Assembly: GCA_030248215.1 (NCBI GenBank)
Contig: JASANG010003696.1
Location: forward strand, 372,001-436,000
Length of the DNA stretch: 64,000 nt
Source: Enoplolaimus lenunculus
Lineage: Eukaryota
Reading direction: 5' to 3'
Part shown: one piece after another, positions 35,752 through 59,322 of the stretch
Numbering within the stretch: position 1 is the stretch's first letter
How the letters are laid out: each line of letters opens with the position of its first letter
Notes under the pieces: generated by a model
Told to the model about the DNA's origin: nothing
Databases searched by the model: none
Seen by the model: the letters and a program-made list of their open reading frames with translations, nothing else
Made by a program: the position numbers and the translations under genes

Positions 35752-38700
35752 GAGTTCTTTTAACCTTTCTTACCGACGGGACCTTCGCATTAAGTTTGCT
35801 TGAACTGAATGGTGATTTACCTAAGCCAAAGATATACTTCCAGCTGGACCTTGGTGCTTGGTCGAAGATTAATTAAACTTTCTAAATCTATAATTGTGCA
35901 ATAATTAATTCGTATGTCTTTTTAATATTTAATAAACTGTGTATTTAGCTGTAGTCGAGATGGTAGTCAGTGTATGCATTACGCTTAGGCGTAGGCTTAA
36001 GAATATGCTTATAATACTGTTTCGCCCCTGTTCTTTACATTGGCCGAGGGCGAAGTGAACGAAAACATGATGCCCGAAACGAAAATTAAAAACGGCTGTT
36101 AAATATAACATTTTTAACGAGCGTTTCTTAACGAACACATATCAGTCGTTTCCCACATCGTACGTTAAGTTCTCAAAAACAATGCCCACTTGATTTTTTG
36201 GACTCGGGCGTCAAGTTCTTAGTCAAAAGGTGATAACAAACTCCTCTCATCATCGAGTCTGGTCTGAATTTTAGCGCAACATTGAATCTCAGGCAAAATT
36301 AAACATTTTTGAGACGGAACTTTTAGCAGTTTGTTTTGTAAACTTCGTGAAACAGCGGCCGTACGTAAACTGTTTAAGCAAAAATATTCAAAGCTCTACA
36401 TTTTTTCTTGAACAAAGTGTTTCACATAACATCGTAAAATTGCAGGTGCAACACGAGTTCGGGCATCAAAAACCGGTTTCAAAGCAACTTTCCAACCGGG
36501 AGGCGAACACCCATCGTAGAATAGTTTACACGTGATGCATAAGAAACTAACTTGTTTAACCATTACGCTACATCAGTAGCTGTAAGTAGATTTTATGTAA
36601 GTATTATAACCAACTCCTGTTTGTTGTTTTTCAGAAGGAAAAATGGTACCAATGAACGGGATTTTTCGTTTCAGATCTTTACTGAAAACTCCGATTATAT
36701 TGTGCTGAGAAGTATCAGACATGTGAAAAAGCAGAAAAATGATTTATTCCGCGATGGCAACTGGCCAAAATATACTTAATTGTAAACCGAAAATTTTCAC
36801 ATAGCACAAAACCACGATTTTGATGTTACGTGTACTCTTGCATGATGCGAAGAGAAATATGGCTGCGCGTATAAAATCAACAAGGATGCATAACTCAAAA
36901 TCTATGAATCGGCACCGTGGCTATGACATATATGTCATGCATTTTGTTCATGATTCCTTAAGCATTAATATAGTACACTGCAAAAATGGTGAGTGAATCG
37001 ACTCTCTCCGAAATAGGCTTTTCCTGACTACACAAACTGAGTCAAAATTCAACTCCGCCACAGTCAAATTCAATTTGACTCTCACTTTTTTGCAGTGTAC
37101 CTGGCTTAATATATCTTAAAAGCATTGTTTGCTATAAAGACTTCGGTCTTAGTTTTACAATTTTACGCTAAAGGCGTTTAGGCTTATTGACCCGTTCTCA
37201 CCTAGAGCAGACTGAGTAAACCTAGAGCAATCTGTGTAAGTGAATTAACATACAATGCGCAGCGTTAAGAATTTACTTATGTACTGTGCAAAATCTCCAC
37301 AAGACGTGAAAACCCCTTGGGCTAGAACGTCACGCACCTTTACTACGGCAAACGCCACCCACCCATGAGGTGCGAGGAGGCACGTAGTCAGCTCACCTTG
37401 CTAGGGGGGCTGAAAATTTTCCAGGCGGGGCATTCAATGATTTCAATGAGTCACAAGCAAGGTTGACAATTCTCTACGGGGGTCAAACTTTTTCCAGGAC
37501 GGGGGCTGAGACCCCCTGTCCTGGCTACGGGACCGGGTGCGAGTCGAATACTGGCTTGAAACGAGATTGGGTTTTTATGCTCAATGCGAGATTGGGCCAT
37601 ACATTCCTATCTTAATCAATTAGTCTGCAATGCTTTACGCTTTGTATTGCAGTATCTTACCTGGGCCCCGATGTTTATCTTGTCGACAACTGGTGTTAAA
37701 AGTATATATAAACACAGCTGAAAAATTGAGTCAAAAATTTAAATTATTCCTCCCACCCAAATCTGTTCGTGAGCTGGGACTGTGATGTAGCTAGAATTGT
37801 GAAAAGAGGGAACTCACTCTGAACCGATTTAATTCCGTGTAAGTTAATTAACTAACTCACAATGAATACAATCAATTCAGAATTCTAAGTTCTGAAAGAC
37901 TCAGACTTCAGAGTGGATACAGCTCATTCTGAGTTAGAATCAACTGACTAAAATTTACAGTGTGGTTAATGTGTAATATTTCCCAACTTCACCAAGTAAA
38001 CGCTCAATGAATGTGACAAGTTATCAAAACGTTTTATATCAAGCTTTAATAACTGGACATTTCACAATATTTCTATAATAGATAGCAGAGACAGTTATGA
38101 TAGTAGTACACAGTAACCAAACGTATCATTGCCGCAAAACAAACCTAGGCAAATCGAAAAATGCGCATAACAAAGTTTTAAATTCTAACGAACTCGACAG
38201 GTTCGTCCCGCTATTGGCTGGTTTCTTTTGCTAGCCCTGTGTAGGTACTCCATAATCTAGTTAAAGGAAAAATTGTCCTTTTTCATCAGGGTGGATCGTT
38301 TTTCTGCAAAACTGCAATAGAGTGAGCTTAAGCTTTAGACTATTTTTTGCATAGGGTTATAGATATAAGTTCATTCCTATGCATAGGCTAAAGCTTAGGA
38401 TTATGTTTTATACTGGTCTCATGACGCGCTTATAATGAACCTGAAAATAATTCCAATTCCTCCGTAGACAAAACATTCCAGTAGAGGAACCAAACGCATT
38501 TCTTGAGGATGTAAAAAATTCGAGCCACAGGGCCATAACAGCAGAATAAGCATATTCCCAAGCCTAAGCCTAAGCGCAAGAAAGAGAGTGCACCGAAGCC
38601 TAAGCCTGGGTAAAAAATAAGGTACTCTATTGCACTACCGCAGAAAAACGTTCCGCCCCTGATGTTACATGTGCAAAAAATAGCAAGCATGTAATTCAAT

Positions 38701-39460
38701 GTTGCTCTTCTAAAGTTTCTGTGAAAAAAGTTTGACCTCAATGTAGGCCCCCGCGTGTTCGCCCAAAAACAATTTCACACCAGGATACTCAGAGGTTAGA
38801 AAATTTAAAAGTTTGGGAACCAAATTCTATCGAACATTTTTTAGAGTTCTAAGGCGCACCTCACCATACATAAAGCGTTATGTTTGTTGATTTTCTCTTT
38901 CAATACACAATTGCAAAAAAACGTTAATATTTTGCAAAAAAATGCTTGCAATTCTACTTTATAGTTGAACCAAGAAAATTGAAACAATTATTACCGCAGT
39001 TATGTGCTGAAATTTCGAAAATTATAAAAATTGTATACCAGGGTCGTAGCCAGTTCAAAGTGCTGTCCCTGAGGAATTTTACTTTCAAATTAGAATTGTC
39101 TTATGGGGTTTTCTTAATTCTAAATCACCAAACAAATCAACATCCGGTCATATTCTAGAAATATTCAAGCAAAAATACAACAAATGTAGTTTAAAAAATA
39201 TACCAATAAGCAATTAATATGCTAAAACTAAACAGTATTGATTAGATCTGCTGAAGAAGTATATAAACATCACAGTGTACTCTACACACATTGAATATGA
39301 ATATCAAGAAAGTCGATTCAATATCCTTGCTACAAATTCCGTTGCAAAATTTGTCACCCAATCAATGTTTTGGGCAATAGAGGCCTGTATTACCCCCATT
39401 GGCTACCGTATAACATTACTTATAAATTGAGAAAATATTTAGTTAATCCTCACCAAATAA

Positions 39461-39578
39461 TCTATATATTAAAGATGAAACGTCGCTCATACGTATTTTA
39501 GGCAGCGTTCCAACAGATTTTTGTTTACGTCACGCAAGACTTAGTCTAGTGGCACATGTGTGCAACTACGTGTACTAG
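39461..39578 (+). mobile_element. Non-autonomous mini-Helitron; related 5' ends at ~14810-14920 (head-to-head pair), ~56874, ~58323
   Basis: A|TCTATATATTAAAG 5' end, subterminal hairpin CACATGTGTGCAACTACGTG, CTAG|T 3' end, no TSD. This is the canonical Helitron insertion between A and T. Confidence 0.7.
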
Positions 39579-41629
39579 TATATTTAATTTGTAGCTGTGA
39601 AAAGCTAACAAACGCTAAAAAGCAACAAATCCGTGCGAAATCTCGTTTTAAATTGGATTTGTCACCTGACACATTTTCCATGGCAATTTACCTGAAGAAA
39701 AAGCCATAGGTCTATTTTCCCATTGATTACAACTGAACATTATTTATGAAAATACGGGGTTTAATTCTGTTAAATGTGAGCCCGTGGCTAAGGGGGGGCA
39801 CGGTCGCTCAGCCCGCCACTCCAGAAAATATTTAGGTCCGACGGAAAATTTTCAACCTTGCTTGTAAGTCAACAAACACCCTTATGTTCCCCTCCTGAAA
39901 ACTTTTTAGCATCCTAGTAAGGTGAGCTGGCTACGGGCCTGGTTAAATAAAGCCACTTTTGTTACCTTAAAATTGTGCATTGGGGGCCAGCTAAAATTCA
40001 ACTTAAGCGTAGGCTTATGATTAGGTGATTTTCAGTGTTTAGCATTTAATTTTACATTGAAACTAATTTACCAGTTGACTGTGGTTATTTTTTGTTGCGT
40101 CATAAACAAAAATCGAATTAAGGTTGTCTGAATATGCACAGTTCCAAACCAACTTTTCTGAAAGCCTCAACGAATTAAGAGCTACAGGTGCTATTTCACG
40201 TTAAACCAATTCGTAACATGGTTACAGTGTTTAAAATGTAAACATGAATCGTTAGGATGAATCTTAACTATGCACAGCAACAAAATGGTGAATCAAATTG
40301 ATTCTATCCGAAATAGGCTCTGCGGGACTACACAAACTGAGTCAAATTTGTCTTCGCCAGAGTCAAATTCGACTCATCGAGTCGCACGTTTGACTCTGGC
40401 AGACTCGAATTTGACTCAGTTTGTGTACAGCCTATTTCGGAGAGAGTCAATTTGAGTCACCATTTTTTTGCAGTGTGCGTTTCGTAAACCATTGTAGCTT
40501 TAATTATCTTTCCCTAAAAATACACATTAATAGCATTTTTTTTGCCTGACAACAAAGGATCACCAAATTAAAATTTGTTATCTAAAATGTAACCACATTT
40601 ACTGATCGTTATAATATATCCACATTCATTGCATATCAAAAATTACTTCATTACATAAACATAATTGAAATATACAGCGCTGACGAAAAGGACACTAAAG
40701 CCCCCAATCCTGCCGGGGAAGGCCACGATACCCCTAAACATCAGCCCTGAAAATATGTAAAGCTTCTCAAACGGAAAGTATGCAATAATAAATAAGCATT
40801 TATTCATGACTATATCATAAGGAAGTATATACATATACGAATACAGCGGCTGCTTTGATTTTATCTAAAATTATATATATGTATATATCTATATATCTAT
40901 ATATCTATATATCTATATATCTATATATCTATACGGATATTCGTTTTTGATGGATATTACACCGGAACCGGATATTCGGTCGCACCCTGATATATATATT
41001 TATTTATTAATATATAAATTAGGCAAATAGCAATTTTAAGTTCCGAGACAGACTGTTTAGCGAAAATTATACATACATATATACATACATATATACAACT
41101 TCCTTATGATACATTCATTTTTCAATCACCATTAAACGTTCATTCACAAAATACACAACATACGGCTTATACAATTTTGACACTCGGTGTACGGCATAGT
41201 GACCATTTAAACGACTATAAATAGCCAATAAAATTAGTTTCTGGGCCCATATTCTCAAATGTGCACTGCACCTATCTCCAGTTGGTGATAAGTCTTGTAA
41301 CTTTCGAACCAGTGAACGTGTGGAGACTCAAAGTTTGCCACATTTTTTGCATTTGAATTGCTCTAATTATGTACCAATTTTGAGTTCAACAACTGCAACA
41401 GTTGACCAGTTTGAAATCCTATTACTAACTGTTGATAGTTGCTATACATATTTGAGAATATGGGCCATGGTTATATGTGATCATCGAAGAGAGTTTAGCG
41501 AAACACGGCGTTTATATATATTTTTTAACAATTCGAGCATAAAATCAGCACACGTTAAACTCGAGATCAATCACAAGAACTGTCCTCGGACAACAACCCT
41601 GCCATAAACACAGACTGGATTCCGTTTGA

Positions 41630-42030
41630 ATGCCAAACTCCAGTCCAAATCGCAGATGATAATTTAAATCCATCCAAGATTGAAATTCGAATCCCAGATC
41701 ATTCAAACGTCAGATTACAATTAAAATCCAGATGATTCAAATTCCAGATTCAAATTTGTATCCCAGATTATTAAAATTCCAAATTTAAATCACAGACTCA
41801 AATTCAAATCCGAGATCCAAATCACCGATTCAAATTCTAATTCAAACTTCAAACTCACCTACTACAAATCAAAGATGATGAACCGGCGTGCTTGCGTCAA
41901 TTTCAAATTCAGGATTCGAATTCAAATTTCAAATTCAGGATTCGATTTCAAATCCCAGATTCAAATTCAAATCCCAGATTCAAATTCAAATCCCAGATAC
42001 GATGAATATCCCAGATATGATTATTTGTTC
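41630..42030. repeat. Degenerate short-period repeat (ATTCAA / ATTCAAATCCCAG)
   Basis: Many imperfect copies of GATTCAAATTCAAATCCCA. Confidence 0.7.
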
Positions 42031-43133
42031 CAGATACGTTTCAATATATGTAATTCCCGATTTTGCCCCACTGCAATTTTATAAATCCCGAATTTCTAGG
42101 CACAGTACTGCATGCGCCAGATATCCCAATTCAACGCCAGGAGGCGGGTTGAAGGTGGCGGTGTCTTAACCGACAAAACAGTCATAATAATAGTTTTTTA
42201 ATATAGCGTTTGCAAATCGTCAACATTTGATTCAATGACTCGAGCATCTTCAGTGAGCAGATATCCAGCCATTTGTGGAAAACACGTCCTGCCTGACCAT
42301 CGTTCTTGTTTACGCCGTTGATTTTGGCACAGCGCCACCAAGCGATCTCGACAAGCATACTTGAAATAGTTGGTATTCCAAAAATCCCAATGCGAACAGA
42401 GCCATCCGCAGCATAGACAGACCGAACTTTGTAAATGATCAATTTTTGCGATTGCATGATCAGAGCAGCTTTTAGAGATATACAAAAATCGCCTGTTCTG
42501 GTGAAAGAAACCAAATCTGGTTTAGGTTAAACCAAAGTTTTGATATGATCGTTGGGCGTTTCAAATTTTTGGCAACATGTCATTTCGTCAAAGTTTCCAT
42601 GTCTAGAACTGATTGCTGTGAGTTATACTCTTGCCGATGTGGTTACCAGTTTATCTGCTACACGTTTAACCAGGGCTCAAACTACGCGATTCGCTGCGAC
42701 ACCAGTACACCAAACGGTACTTTCGTCCGTGCGGTCGTAACCGTTCGCCTCATCCTAACCGAAGTTTCCAACCGTGTTTCAAGAATTGTATGTTAGAATT
42801 TTTTTGCACCCTCTAGAAATTGTTCTGGCAGCGATAGTCCTTCGTTTGAGGGTTCACCATAACATTATAATCATTGCCCCCTTTTTTCGAGCTCAAGCGT
42901 GTGTCAAGTTTCATTCAAAATAATGCATGAAACTATTTTAGTAATTAAGTCTAACCCCCTTTGTTTTTGTCAACTTTATATATAACTGCAAACTACACTT
43001 AACAACAATTACAAATCCACATTGAGACCAGTTAAATGTGTTAGAAGTAATGGAATTTTCCCCATGGACGTATGTAGTTTCACCGACGTCTCTCATCATC
43101 TTTTAAAAAAATGGCTTCCATGATCAATCGTGT

Positions 43134-52508
<9,375 letters not shown>

Positions 52509-52793
52509 CTGAAATATGAATAAAGAAATTTAATCTAAGATTACTTAAATTTCAAAGGATATACTTGTAACAATCTCAACGCGCAGTGTTCACCAATTCA
52601 ATACACGTATACGCAGTGCAAAATCTCCACAAGACGTGAGAACCTATCATGCTCGAGCAGTCAGGCGTGACGTGATTGTAAAATGTCTGCCATCAATCGA
52701 CAACCAGAATTTGGAGAATTTTTCAGTCTTAAATAATTGCTAAAATTAATTCAATTAGTAATTCACAATTCCACACTTAAAATTATTAATTAC

Positions 52794-52817
52794 CTCATCC
52801 GGCGAATCAGCTTCCAT
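52794..52817 (-). CDS. Candidate small upstream or first coding exon of the RhoGAP gene (MEADSPDE)
   Basis: ATG GAA GCT GAT TCG CCG GAT GAG followed by a GAG|GTAATT donor. It is phase 0 and joins in frame to the phase-0 exon at 52508 (AEEMSTT). Confidence 0.5.
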
Positions 52818-53147
52818 ACTAATTTTTTACGCGTACGTATCGCAATTATCTTAATTTTGTTGCAAAACTTCCGATATGTATATATATCGATTATTACAAA
52901 ATAAATTATTTGATTATAGACATTTTCCAGCTATTTATCAGAGTTACCGCAAATCATACGGTAACACAACTGCGTCTCTTGATCATATTTTAATGTACAT
53001 TCTTATCTTTTAAGAATTAAACAAAACATTACAAATATTTAGTCAAAAACACGAATAAAACTACATTATTTAGTTAAAATCTCTCAAAGACTAATTTAGG
53101 AATGTTTAAGTATGAGTTCAGAACCTGCAAAAAATATGTAAAACTTG

Positions 53148-53301
53148 GGCCCATGTAACGATCAGGGGCGGAACGTTTTTCTGTGGGATTAGAATAGAGT
53201 AAGCTTAACCTTTAGACTATTTTTTGGCTTGGCTTAGTCTTAGGCTTAGGCTTAGGAATGTGCTTATAATACTGTTTCGCCCCTGTAATTTTACATAGGC
53301 C
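53148..53301 (+). mobile_element. TTAGGC-containing MITE (family A, short)
   Basis: GGCCCATGTAA...TTACATAGGCC, perfect 8-bp TSD AAAACTTG. Confidence 0.87.
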
Positions 53302-53389
53302 AAAACTTGTAAAGAACTGTCATTGATGGTATGACAGGGTGCGAACGGAATTCCGATTTCGATTGCAACTGGCTTCGCAGTCCATGAGC

Positions 53390-53751
53390 ACTAGAGTTCA
53401 AGAAGGGGGGGCGGGGGTAAGCGTACGCCCCCACATCAGAAATCTTTTGTGTTAAAATGGTAAGGTTCTTACCTTACAATTTTTTACAATTTTTCCCGCA
53501 GCATTGTTTTGTGATAAAATAGTAAGGTCCCTGCCTACCTTACAATTTTTTGCCCTCAGAAAATTTTTTGGTGTTAAAATGATAAGTGTCCTTACTTTAC
53601 AATTTTTGCGTTTCATATTAACATTTGTCAGCCCGCCACCCCCGTCAAAAATGCTAATTTCAAAATGCTTTTAATTTAAAAAATTGGTTGAATTTTCTGC
53701 TGTAAAAGTTGATAAATTAAATTTGTCAAGAAATTTCAGAATCCGCCTCTG
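53390..53751. mobile_element. Interspersed repeat with CCTTACAATTTT subrepeats and GGATCCGCCTCTG-like ends; related pieces ~15120-15300, 17597-17812, 26330-26425, 51220-51378
   Basis: Shared GTGTTAAAATGGTAAGG and ACCTTACAATTTTT blocks and G-rich GGGGGGCGTACG segments. Confidence 0.6.
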
Positions 53752-54604
53752 ACAGTGAAGAATCTGACATATTTTGTTCAAGACTTGGACCCCTCACTAA
53801 TCAAACCGTAGCTAACGCCCCCCGTTTAACATCGTTATATCATACGCAATAAACCAAGCATAAAATTTGACTCAAAAATATAACATTTCGAACATATATA
53901 ATTTCATAGCTAGTGGCTTTTATCACAAATATTTCGCCGAAGAAATAATGTTTACGGCAGCAGCAAACTCAACCAGACCACCCTGGGTCCCAAATGGGCC
54001 ATTACTGTCCGTATTAAAACGACTAAACGCACTCGGTTATACCAGTGAAAGCTCAAATGGGATAGCGTGTAAGCCACTCTATTTAATTAATAAAACTTGT
54101 ACAAAGCTGTCTTAACATGGCTCACCAAGCGAAATATTTAATATTCGTCAACGTTTGCATACCACAAATTCAAATATTATTAAGCTTGTAGTATTTCCTT
54201 GTCAGCGCTCACAAGTCAACCCCTACGCTGGTTAGCTTAATTTTATCGTTAGGTTTTGGCCGCGTAACATAAACGCGGGGAGCTATCAACAACGTACCAG
54301 GACGTTAGCCCAAATTACTATTTGGGAACCACGGGGCGTAGTCAAGATTTCATTGTTCGAGGTATTAAGTGAAAATGAATGCCAGTATATAACAAGCGAG
54401 AAAAAAACTTTTTTGACCTTATATTTAAATGAGTAAAACTGTTTCTATTGGAAATATCCTTACGACGTTTAGTTGCATATTCCTATACGCCACCCGCCAT
54501 GTAACCGAGACCATGCCAAAAAAGGCCGGAGGCATCAGCGCCACCGTTACTTCAAAAGGTATTCAAATATTCTATTCTGTCAGCAACCGTATGTTAGCTG
54601 ATAC

Positions 54605-54800
54605 GGCCAATGTATAGTACAGGCGCGGAACAGTATTAGGTATAACCATATTCCTAAGCCTATTAAGCCTAGGCCTAAGCCTAAGCGTAAGACTGAGTAT
54701 ATTCCTAAGCCTAAACCAAGCAAAAAAATAGTCTAAAGCTTAAGCTTACTCTATTGCAGTCCCACAGAAAAACGTTCCACCACTGATCTTTACATGGGCC
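54605..54800 (-). mobile_element. TTAGGC-containing MITE (family A)
   Basis: GGCCAATGTA...CTTTACATGGGCC, perfect 8-bp TSD GCTGATAC. Confidence 0.88.
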
Positions 54801-56454
54801 GCTGATACAAATTGATTTGGGACACAATATACAGATACACACAGGTGTGTACAGCAAGGAAAGAGGTCGGAAAAGCACCAACTTCAAAAACCAAAACCTT
54901 CTGTTAGGATTTAGTATTAAAATTGCGTTTGGCTTCTTGTTCGCTTTGCTCGCGAGTTTCCTTCTATTATTATACATTGCGTCTTACTGTAGGACCCCAT
55001 TTGCAACGCAACGATAACATTTCGGTAAACATAAAAACATTGCAACCAGAGTCATTGATATATTTTGCCGAAACCAATACAAAACTAAGGTATTACCATA
55101 CTGCCTAATAGTTGAACCAGAACCCGATCCAGTTAATGACATATGAGTCAAACTAAAACGCTTCAACATGGTTGTATTAATCAAACAAAACATACGTACA
55201 CACATGTAAATAAACATTTTAACCCCAAACGGGCCACAGCGGTCTCAATTCAGCGTATCATAGCAGAGTCATTTGTGTTGCCCAAATGTTTATCGCTCCA
55301 GCATTAAGCAGGTTGGCCTAAGGACTGCTAAAAGTGCCTTTTTTCAAGTCTCTCCAGAAATTTCATACAATGTGGATCCGCATCTTGCAGTAAAATTGAG
55401 TTAACAAAACTACTTTAACGAGTATAAAGTCATAAAAATTACAAATGCTCCCTCGCTTAACTCCAGAACAGGAGTTTATTAAAAAAATTGAAGTAATTGG
55501 AAAAACACTCATGTCGAAATAACAATTTTTATAAAAGACAAAGTTTCCAACTTTTTAATGATTAGGTATAATTTGCGACAAAACCGTAAAAATTCCGGTT
55601 CCCAGCATCTTTAAATGCAGGAACACGAACAGGAATTGAATTTTTGCAGGAATTCCGGCCGGAACAGCAATTCCGGTTGAACCTTGCTATATATAAGTAT
55701 ATATATAGATATATAGATATATACACATATATATGTATATATATAATACAATATTTACTAATTCATTTTGTCTAACTTAGATCAAACCATACCATGCCGC
55801 CTGACACTACCGTCCAAACCCGACAGCCTGTATCGTTAACACTAATAGCAAAGTAATTATGGTGTAAGCAAACGATATTCTAACGTACAATGAGTCTTAT
55901 GATATCAGTTTTGTAATGCCCAAACCTAATGGTACTACTAATATCAATCGACATGCCGAGAAAATGGTCCTCCAGGGGGAGGGGCGATTCACCAAATACT
56001 TTTGGCCCCGTAAATGTCTGCTTTATCGAATAATGGTTCACAATTTGCCAACTTCTATTGTTACCTGTTAATATTTTAGTCGATATCCAGTGCCGGACGC
56101 CCAAAAAGACGTATCTGGGCACCGCCACAACGGAATGACGTATATGTGAAACATTATTTGAGCTCTAATCATATTTTCACCATATAGTAATTAGGCTGTT
56201 TTGCAATTACAATTATACTTGAGATATAATGCTTCCAATACGACGGCTGTCACCTATTAATCTTCGCAAATTCGGGTTAGGTTCATACAAGCCTGAGAGC
56301 CCAAAATTGGACCTAAAAGCATTTCCCAATTATACGGTCATTGTATAAGTCGTACCTTATCGGTGGCGATTGCTCCTATCGGTATATGTGTACGGTAAAT
56401 GTACGTAGGTTACCATGCATGTGCACATATACCGGAATATGAGTTGTTGCAATT

Positions 56455-56525
56455 AACCTTGTGGCTCAGTGCTAATATGCTTGACTCGAATGCAATAGGA
56501 CCTAGGTTCGATTCCCAGCATGGTC
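56455..56525 (+). pseudogene. Pseudo-tRNA or tRNA-derived SINE head (tRNA-Arg-like)
   Basis: A box TGGCTCAGTG, B box GGTTCGATTCCC, partial acceptor stem ACCTTG/CATGGT. D and anticodon arms are mispaired. Confidence 0.6.
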
Positions 56526-57690
56526 CTTATATCGGGGCAGAACTTTGAACGAAAGTCATGCAGACAGAGTAGTTTCAACAGGCGCTTAACTGGCAAAAAA
56601 TATTGGTATACACAAATAACTCAAGTTCGACGAGCTCAACTCCATACATTCATTCAACTTTGTCATCCGCTTTCAAATCGCTTGCAAACTCACAACTCCT
56701 CGTCTCGTGTCAGAAAACTAGAAAAATTCAAATATACATTGAAATTGAACGATTTGAACGAGGTTGGTGTCAGTTGAAAATGTTTTTTGTTTAAATTTTA
56801 CTACGAAAAACTATTTCGTGTAGACAGCTGTTGTTTATTTTGTGTAACAAACGATGAAACAAAGTCGTAGAAATCTATATATTAAAGCTAGAATACACCA
56901 ATTTCGCACAGACTGAAACGAGTTCAGCATGACAAACAGCTTTGATGCGCGTACGCTTGTGATTTTGTAAATATATTCATCGTAGAATTGTAAAAATTTC
57001 AACTACATTTCAATTGTATACTTTAAAATTTTTCAAATTTAGTTTACTTGCCGGAGCCGGACGTGAATCCGGTGGTGAGGCGAAGTTAGGGCAGTAACAA
57101 TGATGGTTAATCAGTTAATTTTAGCCAATATCTGCAATATGTTGTTACGTTGCTTGGTTTTACGCTAATTTTGTGTGAAATTTCGCAAATTCGTTGTTGA
57201 AAATTATGATCAAAGTAAAACGAAACGCGCGCTAAACGGATTAATTTTGCAAAATTATGCAAAATTTATTGCCGAAACCTCCGGCAAAAATCATACCGGA
57301 GCCGAAGGCCGATTTGCTGCCGGAGCCGGAGGCAGGCGCCCGGTTGTACCCTGCTAGTCAATTAGCAATAGTTCGGTTGTACAATGCATTTCAATTCGTT
57401 CGCCGGTGTAAAAATGAATTCCTGTTCGCTGTGAAATGTGATTGCTGTCGAAACCCTGCACTATATCATTTCAACACTTCGCTAGTCGGCTGCGGGAACA
57501 GTCCGCGGTGTACTTTGCAATTTGGATTACTGGGAGCCGACATAGAAAATAGCATAGAAATACAGACACAATCAAATACGGTCACTGTCGTACCGTGAAA
57601 ATAATGAATAACAAATGAGAATTAACCTGCTTGGGTCATCTACAAACAATTTTGTGTTTATATAAAGTTGCAAATACGAAAACAATAGCG

Positions 57691-58101
57691 GAAATAGTTC
57701 TAAAATTAAGCATATCGTGGGAATTCTAGGAGAAATAGTTCTAAAATTAAGTATATCATGGGAATTTTAGCAGAAATAGTTCTAAAATTAAGCATATCGT
57801 GGGAATTCTAGGAGAAATAGTTCTAAAATTAAGTATATCATGGGAATTTTAGCAGAAATAGTTCTAAAATTAAGTATATCATGGGAATTCTAGCAGAAAT
57901 AGTTCTAAAATTAAGTATATCATGGGAATTCTAGTAGAAATAGTTCTAAAATTAAGTATATCATGGGAATTTTAGCAGAAATAGTTGTAAAATAATAAGC
58001 ATATCATGGGAATTCTAGCAGAAATAGTTCTAAAATGAAGTATATCATGGGAATTCTAGCAGAAATCGTTCTAAAATTAAGCATATCATGGAAATTCTAG
58101 C
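57691..58101. repeat. Minisatellite, 41-bp unit GAAATAGTTCTAAAATTAAGTATATCATGGGAATTCTAGCA, ~10 copies
   Basis: Directly visible tandem repeats at 41-bp period. Confidence 0.95.
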
Positions 58102-58949
58102 TTTATTTAGAAGAAATACTATTAAGTAACACTAAGTATACATAACCACGTTTTTCAACCAACAAACTGCTGAAGTGGAAACGGTTCAGTTTAATACAGT
58201 CTAAGCTAGCATGCAAGCTAAAATTACTTAATTTTATATAACTGCTATAGGTGTCCTAGTACGATATACACGTATTTCAAAAATTGCGTTTAGCTCTCAC
58301 TTTGTTCATCCGTAATATTTGTTCATATATTTAAAGCTAAGACGCTCCACATACGTATTTTGGGCAATGTTCCAGCACATTTCATATACATAAGCAAATC
58401 AATATATACTAAATCTTTACAGCTGTAAATCGAAGATTGTATCGATTCAGCTTGTACATTGTTCTCTAAAAAGATTTTTTAGTTGCGTTGTGAAATTATT
58501 GCAAGAACGATGTTGGCTTTGGTAACAAATATTGCAACCTAGTTGACTAGTCTTAGTTCTTTCCAGCTATGTTTCTGTTAAAAGTCTTAATTGTCTACGA
58601 AAATAGCAGTCATTGTCAATTAAAAAATGCCAAACCAACCTGGGGGGGCGTTTCATTACGGTTCACATTATTTTTTTCCGGGTGGGAGATATTCTATAAG
58701 TTCATCTTCCTGTAAACTCATGGTGCTACCAACGTACTGAGCGGATAAATATATCCCTCGAATTTACAAGCGACGACAAAAAGGCACGTTTACAAACGTT
58801 AAAAATAACATTCAGGTATCTAAGGTTTGGACAGTTTTATCGTTGGCTATGCTTCTTTGCAATATCCTTTTCAACGACACTATAAGTTTCTGAAATGAAA
58901 TCATAGCTACACACTTGGGTACCTACGGTAATAGCAGCAATTACGAAAC

Positions 58950-59203
58950 ACTAACAACAGCCACACCAATCACTGAAACAGCAGCAGCAACAACAGGAAC
59001 ACCACCAACAACACCACCACCAGCACCAACACCAGCACCACCACCACCAACAACAACACCACCACCAGCAGCAGCACCAGCACCACCACCACCACCAACA
59101 ACATAGCAACAACAACAACAGCAACAAAAACAACAGCAACACCAATCACTGAAACAGCAGCAACAACAACAGGAACACCACCAGCAACACCACCACCACC
59201 ATC

Positions 59204-59235
<32 letters not shown>

Positions 59236-59242
59236 CAACAGC

Positions 59243-59307
<65 letters not shown>

Positions 59308-59322
59308 GACAACAACTGCAAC
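58950..59322. repeat. Compound (ACA)n/(CCA)n/(GCA)n microsatellite with an internal ~60-bp duplication
   Basis: ACACCAATCACTGAAACAGCAGCA occurs twice, followed by a long CAA run. Confidence 0.85.

Noticed and set aside
42182..42796. Separate gene downstream of the RhoGAP
   Set aside because: Frames are short with stops in all phases and show no recognisable motif. More likely 3' UTR.
56455..56525. Functional tRNA gene
   Set aside because: Acceptor, D and anticodon stems contain multiple mismatches, so it is kept only as a pseudo-tRNA.
57691..58101. CRISPR array or coding repeat (41-bp)
   Set aside because: No spacers, the period is not a multiple of 3, and stops are frequent.
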